In this document: one piece after another, positions 24,348-37,309 of the stretch | How the letters are laid out: every line of letters begins with the position of its first letter | Position numbering within the stretch: the stretch's first letter is position 1 | Assembly (NCBI RefSeq): GCF_963921235.1 | Contig: NC_086109.1 | Location: 27,654,001 to 27,718,000 of the forward strand | From: Mobula hypostoma | Lineage: Eukaryota | Direction of reading: 5' to 3' | Length of the DNA: 64,000 bases | Program-made: the position numbers and the translations under genes | Notes under the pieces: model-generated | Seen by the model: the letters and a program-made list of their open reading frames with translations, nothing else | Told to the model about the DNA's origin: nothing | Databases searched by the model: none

Positions 24348-26489
24348 GAAAAGAGAAGGCACAAAACTGGACTAAAACCTCAGATAAGATGCAAGAGAAA
24401 ACTGCTGCCCAGGCACCAAGCAATTTGTCCTGTGCTGACTTCAACGGAACAGTTTACTATAAATGACTGAGCATAAATTCCTATTGTCAAATATATTGCT
24501 GAAGCATGAGCACTGTTGGGAAAACTGCGTAACAGTGGAGAATTGGGAGTGGATCAGTTACTTTCTCTTTTGATTTCAAAATGTGTGCAGTGTAGGAAGA
24601 TTCACAAAAGAATGTATTGTATGACGAATCCTTCTAATCATCCACTTTCTTTTAGCAATGATTAGAATCTACATCTAGCACTACTGCATTTCGATAGAAA
24701 GTGACAACATGAACCTTTGCAGTAAAAACTGTCTGCATTGTATTTGATTTGAGTAATAATCCAGGCACTGCACGCGGACTCACAAATGACAGGAGATTTA
24801 ACTTCCACTGCCCTCAATTTAACTGCTATGCTTTACGTGTCGATTTTGCAAAGTTGACAACACTGTAATGTTCTTAAATGACTTTTATCCACATTCATTT
24901 GTTTTGCTGACAGGAGATGGGAAATATCCAAGGCTACGGCAGTAGTAACTGCTCGGGTACAATACATAGAGTTGCACATAAACATTACTGCTGATAAAGC
25001 AGCACGGCAAAATTATTATGATAATAGAAGCCATTAACAGCACAAAGTTAATTTCAATCAATTCTCATAGCTTTAAGGAGGCCCTAGTTTCATACGAAAA
25101 TGATCAGTCAGGAATTTTTCACCTCCTCAAAAAACCCGAGTGCAATGTTGTAAATCGACGAACATGCATTGAAAGGACCATCTAGATTTGATCTCACAGG
25201 ATTATAAATGGCATAGAAACTTTCCAACTATTATGCTAACTAAGGTAGGGTATTTGTAAAGCTGACTCATACAAAAGTAACATGATAGAATTCCTTCCTG
25301 AATGCACTTGGCGACCAGCCAAGTATATTTTACCAGCATTTTATTCAGGCACTGGACATTCCTCACAAAATGTGGGCACATGGAATTTGAAGCAGGCATG
25401 TATCACGGATGAGCAAATGGGAGGTAGGTGGCAAGAGGAGCAGATTTGGAGTTTCAATTAAAAGTTGAGTTTGAGATTGGTGAGCAGTCACAAAAGATGA
25501 TTAAAGAAGCAGTGGGGTTGCTGAGGGTGGGACATTTAGCCACATTTGTAATAGATAGATGAGGTATTATGCTTCTCAAACAACATTTTTAGAAGAAGCT
25601 TAATGTTCAGGTTTAACTAAGCCCCAACAAATATGATTCTGGGAAAGCAATTACGCAGAAAGTGAGTATTGATTACTTGGCAAACTACCAACAAAAGGGA
25701 TGGCCCTTTTATGTACCGAGAAGCAATCAAAAGCAATGTGAGAACATAATAATGCTTAGGTGTCCACTCAGGGAAACCCAACAGTCCTGGGAAGAGGGTG
25801 GGTGGAGAGAAGATAATCAGGAAAGAGCCAATCTTCAAAGGCTCTTCCAAATCAACACTAAGTTGCATGCTATTTATACAAAACTTAACACTAAGGTAGA
25901 AGCCTCCTGTAGTTTGAGAGTGATGAGCAGAGCACACACCTGGCTGGTCATGATAAACGGAGTGGTGGAACTCAGGGCCCCCAAGAAGAAAAGAATGATG
26001 GGGTAACACCAAATCCAGAATATGAAATGAATAATGCAACGTTGACATAATGAAGACAGGTTAGAAATTTTGGCTTTTTTCAGTTTTTTTTTTGGGGGGG
26101 GGATCAGTGGGTTATAAGGATCCAGCAAAAGTTCTGTCAGTGATCCACCATTGCAAATTCAATAATACAAGGCTCCAAGGCTTTGTGAGGTACAGTATTG
26201 AAAAGGTCATATGTAGTTAAAGGATTATCCACTGATTGTTTTGTTCGGACAAGATGCAAAACATGAAATTGAGTTCAGTGGTGAGAGTGGGGCTAAGCGG
26301 AGATTGTGTGACTGTGTATAGAATCCAGAATAAAGTGAAGGTGGTATATGTGGCACCAGCTTCTAAAAGGTGAATGACAACACTCACACTAATGCCAATA
26401 TTTCCCACCATCACCTTTTGGAAAACACACACACACACCTTTAATGAAATAGCTGCCTGGCGTGCCCAGATACCTTTTAAAGTATCTTT

Positions 26490-29400
26490 TAAATTGGCAG
26501 AAGGATGGGAACCGGAATGATAGAGCAGAGGAGGGGGAAAACAGAAATAAATCTAAGATAGTGAGCAGTAAAGATGTCAGGAAGGACAGGCAGGTGACGC
26601 GGCAAATTTGCAGTCATTGGGATGAGTTGCAGTGCAATCAAAGCGAAAAGTACCAAATACTGGTCTTAAGGTGTTATACTTAAATGCACGCAGCATAAGG
26701 AATAAGGTGGATGATTTTGTCATACAGCTACAGATTGGCAGGTATGATATTGTGGCCATCACTGAGACGTGGCTAAAGGATGCATGTCTCTGGGAGCTGA
26801 ACATCCAAGGATACACGGTGTATCGGAAGGATAGGCAGGTAGGCAGAGGGGGAGGCATGGATTTATTGGTAAGAAATAATATTAAATCATTAGAAAGAGG
26901 TGACATAGGATCGGAAGGTGCAGAATCTTTATGGGTTGAGCTAAGAAATCGCAGGGGTAAAAGGACCCTGATGGCAGTTATATACAGGCCTCCTAACAGC
27001 TGCAGTGATGTGGACTACAAATTACAACAGGAAATCGAAAAGGCTTGTCAGAAGGAAAGTGTTATGATAATTGTGTGGAATTTTAACATGTGAGTGGATT
27101 GGGAAAATCAGGTCGGCACTGGATCTCAAGAGAGAGAATTTGTAGAATGTCTACGAGATGTCTTTTTAGAACAGCCTGTTGTTGAGCCTACTAGGGGGTT
27201 GGCTGTACTGGATTGGGTATTGTGTAATGAACCGGAAGTGATTAGAGAGATTGAGGTGAAGGAACCCTTAGGAGACAGCGATCATAATATGATTGAGTTC
27301 ACTGTGAAATTTAAGAAAGAGAAGCCGAAATCCGATGCGTCGGTATTTCAGTGGAGGAAAGGAAATTACAGTGGCATGAGAGAGGAACTGGCCAAAGTTG
27401 ACTAGAAAGGGACACTAGCGGGAAAGACGGCAGAGCAGCAGTGGCTGGAGTTTATGCAAGAAGTGAGGAAGGTGCAAGACAGATATATTCCAAAAAAGAA
27501 GAAATTTTCGAATGGAAAGAGGATGCAACCGTGGCTGACAAGTCAAAGCCAAAGTTAAAGCTAAGGAGAGGGCATACAAGGAGGCAAAAATTTGTGGGAA
27601 GACAGAGGATTGGGAAGTTTTTAAAAGCTTACAAAAGGAAACTAAGAAGGTCATTAAGTGGGAAAAGATGAACTATGAAAGGAAGCCAGCAAATAATATC
27701 AAAGAGGATACTAAAAGCTTTTTCAAGTATATAAAGAGTAAAAGACAGGTGAGAGTAGATATAGGACCGATAGAAAATGATGCTGGAGAAATTGTAATGG
27801 GAGATAAGGAGATGGCAAAGGAACTGAACGGGTATTTTGCATCAGTGTTCACTGAGGAAGACATCAGCAGTATACCGGACACTCAGAGGTGGCAGGGAAG
27901 AGAAGTGTGTGCGGTCACAATTACGACACAAAAAGTACTCAGGAAGCTGAATAGTCTAAGGGTAGATAAATCTCCCAGATCAGATGGAATGCACCCTCGA
28001 GTTCTGAAGGACGTAGCTGTGGAGATTGCGGATGCATTAGCAATGATCTTCCAAAAGTCAATAATGGTTCTGGAGGACTAGAAGATTGCAAATATCACTC
28101 TGCTATTTAAGAAGGGGGCAAGGAAGCAAAAAGAAATTATAGACCTGTTAGCTTGACATCGGTGTTTGGGAAGTTGTTGGAGTCAATTGTCAAGGACGAG
28201 GTTATGAAGTACCTGGAGGCATATGACAAGATAGGCAGAACTCAGCATGGTTTCCTTAAAGGAAAATCCTGCCTGACAAACCTATTACGATTTTTTGAGG
28301 AAATTACAAGTAGGCTAGACAAGGGAGATGCAGTTGATGTTGTATATTTGGATTTTCAGAAGACCGTTGACAAGGTGCCGCACATGAGGCTGCTAAACAA
28401 GATAAGAGCCCATGGAATTACAGGAAAGTTACATACGTGGATAGAGTGTTGGCTGATTGGCAGGAAACAGAGAGTGGGAATAAAGGGATCCCATTCTAGT
28501 TGGCTGCTAGTAACCAGTGGTGTTCCACAGGGGTCCGTGTTGGGCCACTTCTTCTTACGTTGTATATCAACGATTTGGATTATGGAATAGATGGCTTTGT
28601 GGTTAAGTTTGCTGATGATACAAAGATAGGTGGAGGGGCCGGTAGTGCTGAGGAAACAAAGAGTCTGCAGAGAGACTTGGATAGATTGGGAGAATTGTCA
28701 AAGAAGTGGCAAATGAAATACAATGTTGGAAAGTGTATGGTTATGCACTTTGGTAGAAGGAATAAACAGGTAGACTATTAATTAAATGGGGAGAGAATTC
28801 AAAGTTCTGAGATGAAACGGGACTTGGGAGTCCTCATGCAGGATAGCCTTAAGGTTAACCCCTAGGTTGAGTCAGTGGTGAAGATGACAAATGCAATGTT
28901 GGCATTCATTTCTAGAAGAATAGAGTATAGGAGCAGGGATGTGATGTTGAGGCTCTATAAGGCACTGGTAAGACCTCACTTGGAGTACTGTGTGCAGTTT
29001 TGGTCTCCTTATTTAAGAAAGGATGTGCTGACGTTGGAGAAGGTTCAGAGAAGATTCACTAGAATGATTCCGGGAATGAGAGGCTTAACATATGAGGAAC
29101 ATTTGTCCGCTCTTGGACTGCACTCCTTGGAATTTAGAAGAATGAGGGGGGACCTCATAGAAACATTTCGAATATTGAAAGGCATGGACAGAGTGGATGT
29201 GGCAAAGTTGTTTCCCATAGCAGGGGAGTCTAGTACGAGAGGGCATGACTTAAGGATTGAAGGGCGCCCATTCAGAACAGAGATGTGAGGAAATTTTTTT
29301 TAGCCAGAGGGTGGTGAATCTGTGGAATCTGTTGCCACGGGTAGCAGTGGAGGTCAAGTCATTGGGTGTATTTAAGGCAGAGATTGATAGGTATCTGAGT

Positions 29401-29536
29401 AGCCAGGGCATCAAAGGTTATGGTGAGAAGGCGGGGGAGTGGGACTAAATGGGAGAATGGATCAGCTCATGATTAAACGGTGGAGCAGACTCGATGGGCC
29501 GAATGGTCAACTTCTGCTCCTTTGTCTTATGGTCTT
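26490..29536 (+). mobile_element. CR1 LINE with the whole ORF2 region (APE+RT), disrupted
   Basis: YLNARSIRNK, ITETW, SDHNMI, QHGFLKGKSCLTNLL, GVPQGSVLG, KFADDTK, LVRPHLEYC. Several stops and frameshifts. Tail ttatggtctta; possible TSD ttaaagta. Confidence 0.95.
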
Positions 29537-32103
29537 AAAGTACACTGAAACAATGTGTAAGAATGGTTGGCAGATGGCATGTATGAAACACATGCAGATG
29601 AAGTGATGTCCAGAACTTCATCAGATGCTATTATGGATGTCCAGTTTCTGAATGCAAATGCAAATGACTTGGTAGTAAAGCCATGGATGTTGCTGCCCAG
29701 AAGAAGTTCATGATCTTCCATCAGAATTTTTTTCAGTAAAATAGATGCCAATATGGATTTTAAGCAATCTAGTTTTGAGGTAAAGTATTACATTACAGAA
29801 TGGAACATCATCTGCCAAAATGTCAGAAATTTAGAATTAAACACTATCATTATAAAGATGATGCTTGGTAAATGTCTTCAGCAATATGGAGAAGGGCAGA
29901 ACATTGAGAATGAAAATATCAAATTGCACTGTCTAACAAAATAATTAAAGGAACAGAGGGTCCTTAAGTTTGAGTTTACACTTTTTTTGATAAGATGACT
30001 TTACATTATTTCCCTTTCTTATTGTGAGTGAAAACATACTCATGCTTAAAACTAGCAATTAAACCAAATGAAAACCTTTACTTACCATTCTCCTGACAGC
30101 TGGTTTCAAGGGTTTCTCCCATGAATTTCAATAGGCTTGCTACCCTTGAGCCAGATAGCTGGTTCAATAGGCAGATTTCACAGCCTGAAAGCTGGAAAAT
30201 CTGGGCCAGTTCTTATGATCATGCTTACCTCTTTGAGGAGACCAACCAAGCAATAAAGGTATGTCGCAGCTACCAACCCATTAGCAGCAGATCCAATACA
30301 GATCTCAGTGGAAAGAATCCTAATTAAAATATATCCTATCTGGTCCCTTAAGTCCTTGGATGGCCTCTTCCCTCAGCATCTCTCCATGAAAGACAACATC
30401 CTTTGGAGTTTAAGCTTCTCCTCCCAAACTCCAGGTCTAAAGTTGGATACCATTTGGTTTGCTCATCTTTGTACTACTGCCAGTGTTGAGATATTCAGCC
30501 AGCAGAAATGTTCTCTAGAAAGTTGCAGGATTCTTGATACAACTTATAGGGGATTACAATTCCCACCATTCTTGTTCTTATAGATTTGGAATGAGGAATT
30601 CCCATATGTATTACAGTTAATGCACGCTGAGTTTGTATTTGGCAGGAACTGGAATTGGACAAGCCAAATCCTTTTCACAAAGGACTCTTGCTAATCAGTC
30701 AATGAGCAAACAGCTAACTAACACTTTGTGCATCTCATATGCGGATAATCTTTTCTTGATTCAATCTTTGTTCCCATCTCTCCTTTGCATTTCTATTCCA
30801 TTGGAACCTTTTCAAATAGGTTCAAATGATATAAAGTGGATAGGTATCTCCACTTTATATCAGCAATGACACCGGTCATACGTCAATATTTCTGAGTACC
30901 TGGATGCATTAATCACAAGCCATGTTCCACTTACGTTAATGGTTTCTCCAGTCGACTCCCTGGTGAGCCTACAATTTCCCCCAAGGTGCAGAACATCTGA
31001 CCCAGAAAATCCTACAAAAGAAAGAATTCATATTAACACAAGTTACATGCATGCACACACATCTATGCAGGCAAACACAAGTGTGCACAGAATATGCAAA
31101 CACACACACGTACACAGAGCTGATTATACAAAGTCAAAGGAGGTAAACTGCTAAACTTTCCAAACTTAATAAACAACTGTAAAGCTAATTTTCCCCATAA
31201 GGAATTAGATGGCTAATGCACTCAACATGGCTTGTTCAACAATTTGGTGATCATTAGAATTAACTTACTAATTAATTTACTTAACTTTCTCTTCCCCCGC
31301 CCCCATTCTATACGCTTACTTGCTGTCACAAGTTTTAATTGCACAAAATCATGGATAATGACAATCATACCTAAAAAAAAACAAAATATGTTTCAAAAAC
31401 AAAGTATTATTCATAAAAAACACTAAGTAGCATCTATGAGAGAAAAAAGTGAGAAATCATTTTAGTCATAAGAAAGGTCACCGACTTTGAAATGTTAATT
31501 CTATTTCTCTTTCATCGGGAGCTGCCTTCCCTGCTCAGTATTGCATTCTTTCGCTGTATCCAAATTTGCAACATTACAGTATTTTTTAATTAGATCGATG
31601 ATAATCATAGGCTGATTCAACTAAAGAGGGTAACAGCTTTGAAATTAAAAGATGCTTAAATTGGTATGCTGCAGTGAAATTGTGCAGTTTGCTAAACATT
31701 TCCATCCTGTGTTTCTTGTTGCAACATTCAGCATAGCTCAACCTCTGTCCAAAGCCTGATGATAGTTGAAATAGCTGTATCAATGAAAACAGCAGACAGA
31801 GACAGTCAGGTGAAAGTGAGGGCAAACAAAACTGCCAAGTCTAAACAGAAATTGGCCTGGCAGAACAAATTGTTGAGGCAGGGGCTCACACACACCAGAA
31901 CAATGCAGGTTAAAGGCGAAACTTGTAGAAAATGCAACAAAGTAGTACACATACAAAGAACATGTTGGACAGACAAAAATAAATGGACTTCACCGGGAAG
32001 AGATAAAGATAGAAAGTAAAGTAGCAGTTTCAAAAAGAGCATTAATCTGCATGCTGTTGTTGAGAAAATTGATAATGATGAGAATGACACCAGACTGGAT
32101 AGC

Positions 32104-32276
32104 AAACACGAGGAATACTGCAGATGCTGGAAATTCAAGAACGCAGCAGGTCAGGCAGCATCTCTAGGAAGAGGTACAGGACCTGACGAAGGGTCTCGGC
32201 CTGAAACGTCGACTGTACCTCTTCCTAGAGATGCTGCCTGGCCTGCTGCGTTCACCAGCAACTTTGATGTGTGTTG
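32104..32276 (+). mobile_element. Palindromic PLE mini-insertion in the Gypsy element
   Basis: 14-bp TSD ccagactggatagc at 32090-32103 and 32277-32290; inverted arms nearly identical to 4946-5178. Confidence 0.9.
32183..32215 (+). ncRNA. Minimal hammerhead core, second copy with intact core
   Basis: CTGACGA-agggtctcggcct-GAAA-c-GTC-gactg; the 5' strand of stem I is disturbed by the inversion junction. Confidence 0.6.
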
Positions 32277-32928
32277 CCAGACTGGATAGCCTTTAGTTTG
32301 CAAGTGAAATTGACAACAGACAAGCAATATGGCCTACACAAGAAGTGAACACCATATTAATTAAAATGGAATTGGATGCTGGCTTTGCTGTTTCAGTCAT
32401 TCCACAAAACTAGTTTGAACGGCATTTGAAGCCTGCAGATATCCAACTAAGAACTTACACTGGAGAAAAGATTACTCATGTGCGAATGACATTTGGAACA
32501 GTGAAATACAATAACCAACAAACCATAATGGGCTTGTATGTGGTAAAAACAGAAGGACATGCATTGTGGAGCTTAGACAACTGCAAGTTGATTGGAGATC
32601 CATCAATATTTGCATGCTATATCTCCATGTAATAGAGTCAACTGAATGCGAATTTGAAAAGGTACTGGATGATGCCACAGCAGTGATAAATGATGGCATT
32701 GAAAACTGAAACATATCAAGGGTAAAATAGTGTTAAATGAAAATGTCACACCCAGTTTTTATAAGGCACGTCTGGTTCCTTATACCATCTTTGATAAAGT
32801 AGCCAGTGAGCTAGATCACATGGAGGCTGAAGGAATACTTTCCAAGGTTGAGTTGAGCCTAGGGGCAATGCCATTGGTCTCAGTAGCCAAGAAGAATGGG
32901 TCTGTGAGGATCTGTGGTTACCTTAAGG

Positions 32929-33093
32929 CAGGGGTGGCCAACCTTTTACAATCCATACGTCGATTTTTTCACACACAAGTTCTATATTAACATATTTTTA
33001 CAAGAATTGAATTGTATACAAGAGTTGTATGGCACATCTGAACTTGTGAGTGAAAAAATTGACGCATGGAATGTAAAAGGTTGGCCACCCCTG
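32929..33093. mobile_element. hAT (Charlie-like) MITE, 165 bp
   Basis: TIR caggggtggccaaccttttaca (22 bp perfect, ~44 bp with 3 mismatches). 8-bp TSD ccttaagg at 32921-32928 and 33094-33101. Confidence 0.92.
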
Positions 33094-34557
33094 CCTTAAG
33101 GTCTCCATCAACCCAGTACAGAAAAGGGGCATTTTTGCAAACCTTTCTGGAGGAAAACACTTCAGCAAAGTGGACTTAGCTAAGGCCTACTTATAGAGGG
33201 TGATGGAAGAAGGGTGAAAATTGTTTCTCACCATAAACACTTACAAAGGGCTTAATCACTATAATAGACATATTTTTGGAGTAATAGCTTCTGCTCATGC
33301 AGTCTTGCAGAAAGCTATGGACCAGGTAGTGCAAAGCTGTCCAGACACTCAGTGTTACCTGGTTGGCAAGCAGAATCTCCAAAATCTCTAAACAGTGTTA
33401 AAAAGATTAGAAGATTATGCCCTCAGAGCACGGTGCAATGATTGTGAATTCTTTATACCAAGCATCACTTATATTGGTCACACCATTGACTCACAAGGAT
33501 TACACAAGTGTGCTGAAAAAGTTCAAGCAGTGGTGGATACCCTAAGGCCAAAGGATGTATCACCATTCTGGTCCTTTTTGAGGATGTGTCAATTGCTATA
33601 ACAAGTTCCTACTAAACATGGCTACTGTGCATCACCCCTTGAACTCTTTATTACAGATCGGGAAGAAATGGCAATGGACAAGGCAGTGTGAGGTCACTTT
33701 CCAAAAGGTAAAGGAAATGGTGACATCAGGCACTGGCTCACACATTATGATCCGCTTAGTCCAGTGAAGCCTACCTCTGACACCATGTCTTATGGTATAA
33801 GTGCAGTCATGTCTGAACATCCCACAGCCTTTGCATCTTTTTCCCTTAGCACTGCAGGGAAAAATTATGCTCAGATTAACCGAAAGGTCTTGAGTCTGGT
33901 TTGGGGTGTAAAACATTTCAATCAGTACTTGTATGGGTAAGAGTCTACCCTCGTTACTGATCATCAAACACTTTGTCCATTTTCAATCTGCCTTGTTCCA
34001 TGGACAGCAGCAGTACGAATACAGTGATGAGCTCAGTTTCTTGGAGGACACCGTTACAAGGTTGAATTCAAGAGGACGACAAAACATGATAATGCTGATG
34101 GATTGTCCCATTTACCCTTGGAAAAGAAATTACTTGAAAAATTTACAAAAGAGGATACTCCTCCCGACGTTTCTTCCTAATGGAAATTAAAAGTCTCCAT
34201 ATTACAGCAGAGATGATTCAAAGGGAAACCATAATAGACCCCACACTACCTCAGGTCTACATGGCCACACTAACTGGCTGGAACGTGCAACAGTTCCCCC
34301 CAATTTTACCACCACCAGGATAAATTTGCCCTTGATGGGAGTTGGCGTATGTGGGGATTGAGAGTTGTTGTATCATCCATGCTGAGAGTGGAAGTGCTGG
34401 AGGAGCTACATGCGGGTCATCTGGGCATGGTCAAAATGAAAGTGTTGGCTCAAAGCATTGGTTATCAGTAGATCAAGCAACTTGCCATGCACTGTTTGGG
34501 ATGCCAACACATCCAGAAGATCCAAGAGCAGCACCTTTCCATCCCTGAGAACAGCCT

Positions 34558-34741
34558 AAACACAAAATACTCTGCAGATGCTGGGGTCAAAGCAACACTA
34601 ACAACACACCGGAGGAACTCAGCAGGTCGGGCAGCATCCGTGGAAACAATCAGTCAATGTTTCGGGCTGGAACCCTTCTTGACTGATCATTTCATGGATG
34701 CTGCCTGACCTGCTGAGTTCCTCCAGCGTGTTGTAAGTGTT
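34558..34741 (-). mobile_element. Palindromic PLE mini-insertion (different subfamily) in the Gypsy integrase
   Basis: 14-bp TSD cctgagaacagcct at 34544-34557 and 34742-34755; arms ggaggaactcagcaggtc / gacctgctgagttcctcc. Confidence 0.88.
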
Positions 34742-36129
34742 CCTGAGAACAGCCTGTATTGCCCTGGCAGAGGATTCATGTGGATTTTGCTAGACCATTT
34801 ATGGACACAAATTTCTTGGTATTAGTGGATGAAGGTACAACGTGGCCAGAAGTGTTCCCAATAGCTTCCACTATGAACTTGGAAACTATTTATGTGTTGA
34901 AAAGTTTCTTCTCAATGACTGGTGTTTCACTTAGTCAGTGACAATGGATCACAGTTTGTTGCAGAACAGTTTCAGTCATTCCTGAAAATGAATGGAATAA
35001 GATGTATTACATCTGTACCGTAGCACCTAGCTATAGTTGGCTTGGTGGAAAGAACATACTGCGAGCAATGTCAGCAGAACACCCTACACTGAGTCAGAAG
35101 ATCGCCAATTTCCACTTTGCACATCGCAATGCTGCACTCTCCACAAACAACTGGCCAGCTATGCTGTTCCTGGGTCATTCTTTGCATTCATGCCTGAATC
35201 TCCTCAAACTCAATCACAGAAGGAGTATGCAGGACAAACGGCTGAGACAGACTCAAGGCTCTTCAATCAAGGAGGTTTGATGTTTCACTCCTGGACTAAG
35301 CAGTTCTGCCAAGGGACTACAGGGGTGATCAAAAGTGGGTGCTTGGAAAGATTATGGGTAGAACTGGACATCCGAAATTGCATCTGATGTCAGCTGGAGA
35401 TGACAAATCAATCATTTGAGGAGAGCAGAGTTAATTGTTAAAGAAGAAAGGTGTCCAATGCTGTCAGAACCAATTCCTGGGGCCCCAGAGACAATTCCTA
35501 CAAACACCACAGAGGAGGCCCCAGATGGGAGATTGTTTCACTGCCACAAATCTCACCTGCCAAGCAGCATGACCACCCTTGTCGCAAAAGATGTTATTCC
35601 ACAAGAGTAAGATATCCTCCACAGTGATTAAATCTTTAGCTGGAATGGGACAATTTTAAACTTACTATGCTGTGGATGTCTGTATTTGGTAGTTGTATTA
35701 TATAATATACTGTGTATATAGTTGAGATGTATTCTATATTGAGTTGGGGTTTATAGCTAAGCAGGGAGGAGTGTTGTGCATTAAATATTTCAGCAATATT
35801 GTAACTACATGGCTTGATAAAGCTTTCTTAGTTTGCTTAATAATTCTTTACGGGTTATATGCAAAAATACATGAATGGCATACATCACCAAGCCACCACA
35901 TCATATGTATATGCTTCATTTAAATTCTTTAAAAAAGTTAGACTCGCGTTCTGGACTCCCTTGTTTTTCTTCCAATTAATTTTATGTTTTGCAGTAACAA
36001 AACATCGCACTTATGCAAATATCTAATCCCTTGTGTACATTATGAAATTTCAAGGCCTTGAGGTTTAATATTAATAAACATTAAAATGACAGAATGTCAC
36101 TCAGAAGTAGAAACAAAATTAACACTTAC

Positions 36130-36169
36130 ATGTTTAGATAAGTCCAGGCTTTTTGAATCGACGTCGTAC
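36130..36169 (-). CDS. cpne8: Next copine coding exon, 40 nt
   Basis: Reverse complement reads ctcctctttag|GTACGACGTCGATTCAAAAAGCCTGGACTTATCTAAACAT|gtaagt. The first G completes the TTG (Leu) codon split from the previous exon, giving LYDVDSKSLDLSKH. The intron between the two exons is 36170-59585. Confidence 0.93.
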
Positions 36170-36399
36170 CTAAAGAGGAGTGGAAATTATTACTTTTACT
36201 AATATATTAAATTAAATGTGCAATGAAATTAATGAACAGAAAGAAAATGCTGCTTTTTCTTAAACTTCATGCCACAGCCTCCAATCCCTCATCATGAAAA
36301 TTTTGGAGAGCAGAATATAAAATGCTTGCATTTATCATCCTGATGAAAGGGCTCAGTCCAAAAGATCAACTGTTTATTCTCCTCCATAGAAAAAAGAGA

Positions 36400-36602
36400 T
36401 TCTGCAGAATCACTTTTATGCAGACCAACACACACAAAATGCAATAGGAACTCAGCAGTACAGGGAGCATCCATGTATAGGAACAAAGAGTCGATGTTTC
36501 GAGCTGAGACCCATCATCAGCACTCGTGCATGTTGTTACTCTCCATAGATGCTGCCTTGCTTGCCGAGTTCCGAGTTCCTCCAGCATTTTGTGTGTGTTG
36601 CA
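36400..36602 (-). mobile_element. Older palindromic PLE mini-element
   Basis: caacacacacaaaatgc ... gcattttgtgtgtgttg arms; minus-strand CTGATGA...GAAAcATC core at about 36488-36525. Confidence 0.75.
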
Positions 36603-37309
36603 TTTATACTTCCCTTTACACAATGTCTCAAAGAGCTTTACTTCCAATGAAACACTTCTGCTGTGCAGTCCCTTCACAGTGTAGGGTATTTAGCTGCCAA
36701 CATTCTGCACCACATACTTTCAATCATGTGGTAATGACCAGGTAAATTTGTTTTTTTTTGTGCAAAGTGATTGAGAGATAAACATTGGCACGTCAGGTGA
36801 AGTAACAAGACAGATCCAAAAGCGCTACCATTTATCACCTCAATTGAAAAGTTTCATCTCCAACAGCACAGCACTCCTTTAGTATTATACTGAACTGGCA
36901 GCTGAGGTTTCTGTGCTCAGGCTTCTGTTTTCATATTTCAAATGATTTGCCGTAACCGTCTCCAGCTTCGGCAGAAAATAATTAGAATATTAAAATGCTT
37001 ATGGGGAAAATTTGTGGTGTATCTCTTGGGGTTTGGTTTCACCATCTTTATTCATGATTTTTTAAATATAGTACGGATTAATTAAATCTCTTGGAAGGCC
37101 GTCAAAATAATACTAAAATAACTTCACTGAATTTCAGTCATTATCATTAAAACAATGTCCTTACAAACTGGTATGAACTGCTATGATCTTTTTTGTTTAA
37201 GGACTGGGTTTCTGATAAATCTACATTTCAGCTTTAATTAGCTGCAAATATTCTATAAACAAGTGCACAAAAATCACAAAATTCCCAAGTATTATCATTT
37301 CTGTCAACT

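Larger units (their letters stand above)
31762..36004 (+). mobile_element. Decayed Ty3/Gypsy LTR retrotransposon (gag end, PR, RT, RH, IN, PPT, 3' LTR)
   Basis: CRKCNKVVHIQRTC knuckle, MELDAG protease, KKNGSVRICG RT and PWQRIHVDFARPF integrase motifs. PPT aagcagggaggag precedes a TG...CA LTR at 35772-36004. No 5' LTR seen. Confidence 0.9.

Noticed and set aside
25440..26130. Overlapping ORFs of 84-143 aa
   Set aside because: No recognisable domain; probably very old repeat debris.
30076..30200. Minus-strand donor (gtaagt) preceded by an EKPL-like peptide, considered as the next copine exon
   Set aside because: Lacks DFLGQ/TLGEIVG and a convincing acceptor. I did not find the next canonical exon in the window, so it probably lies beyond position 1.
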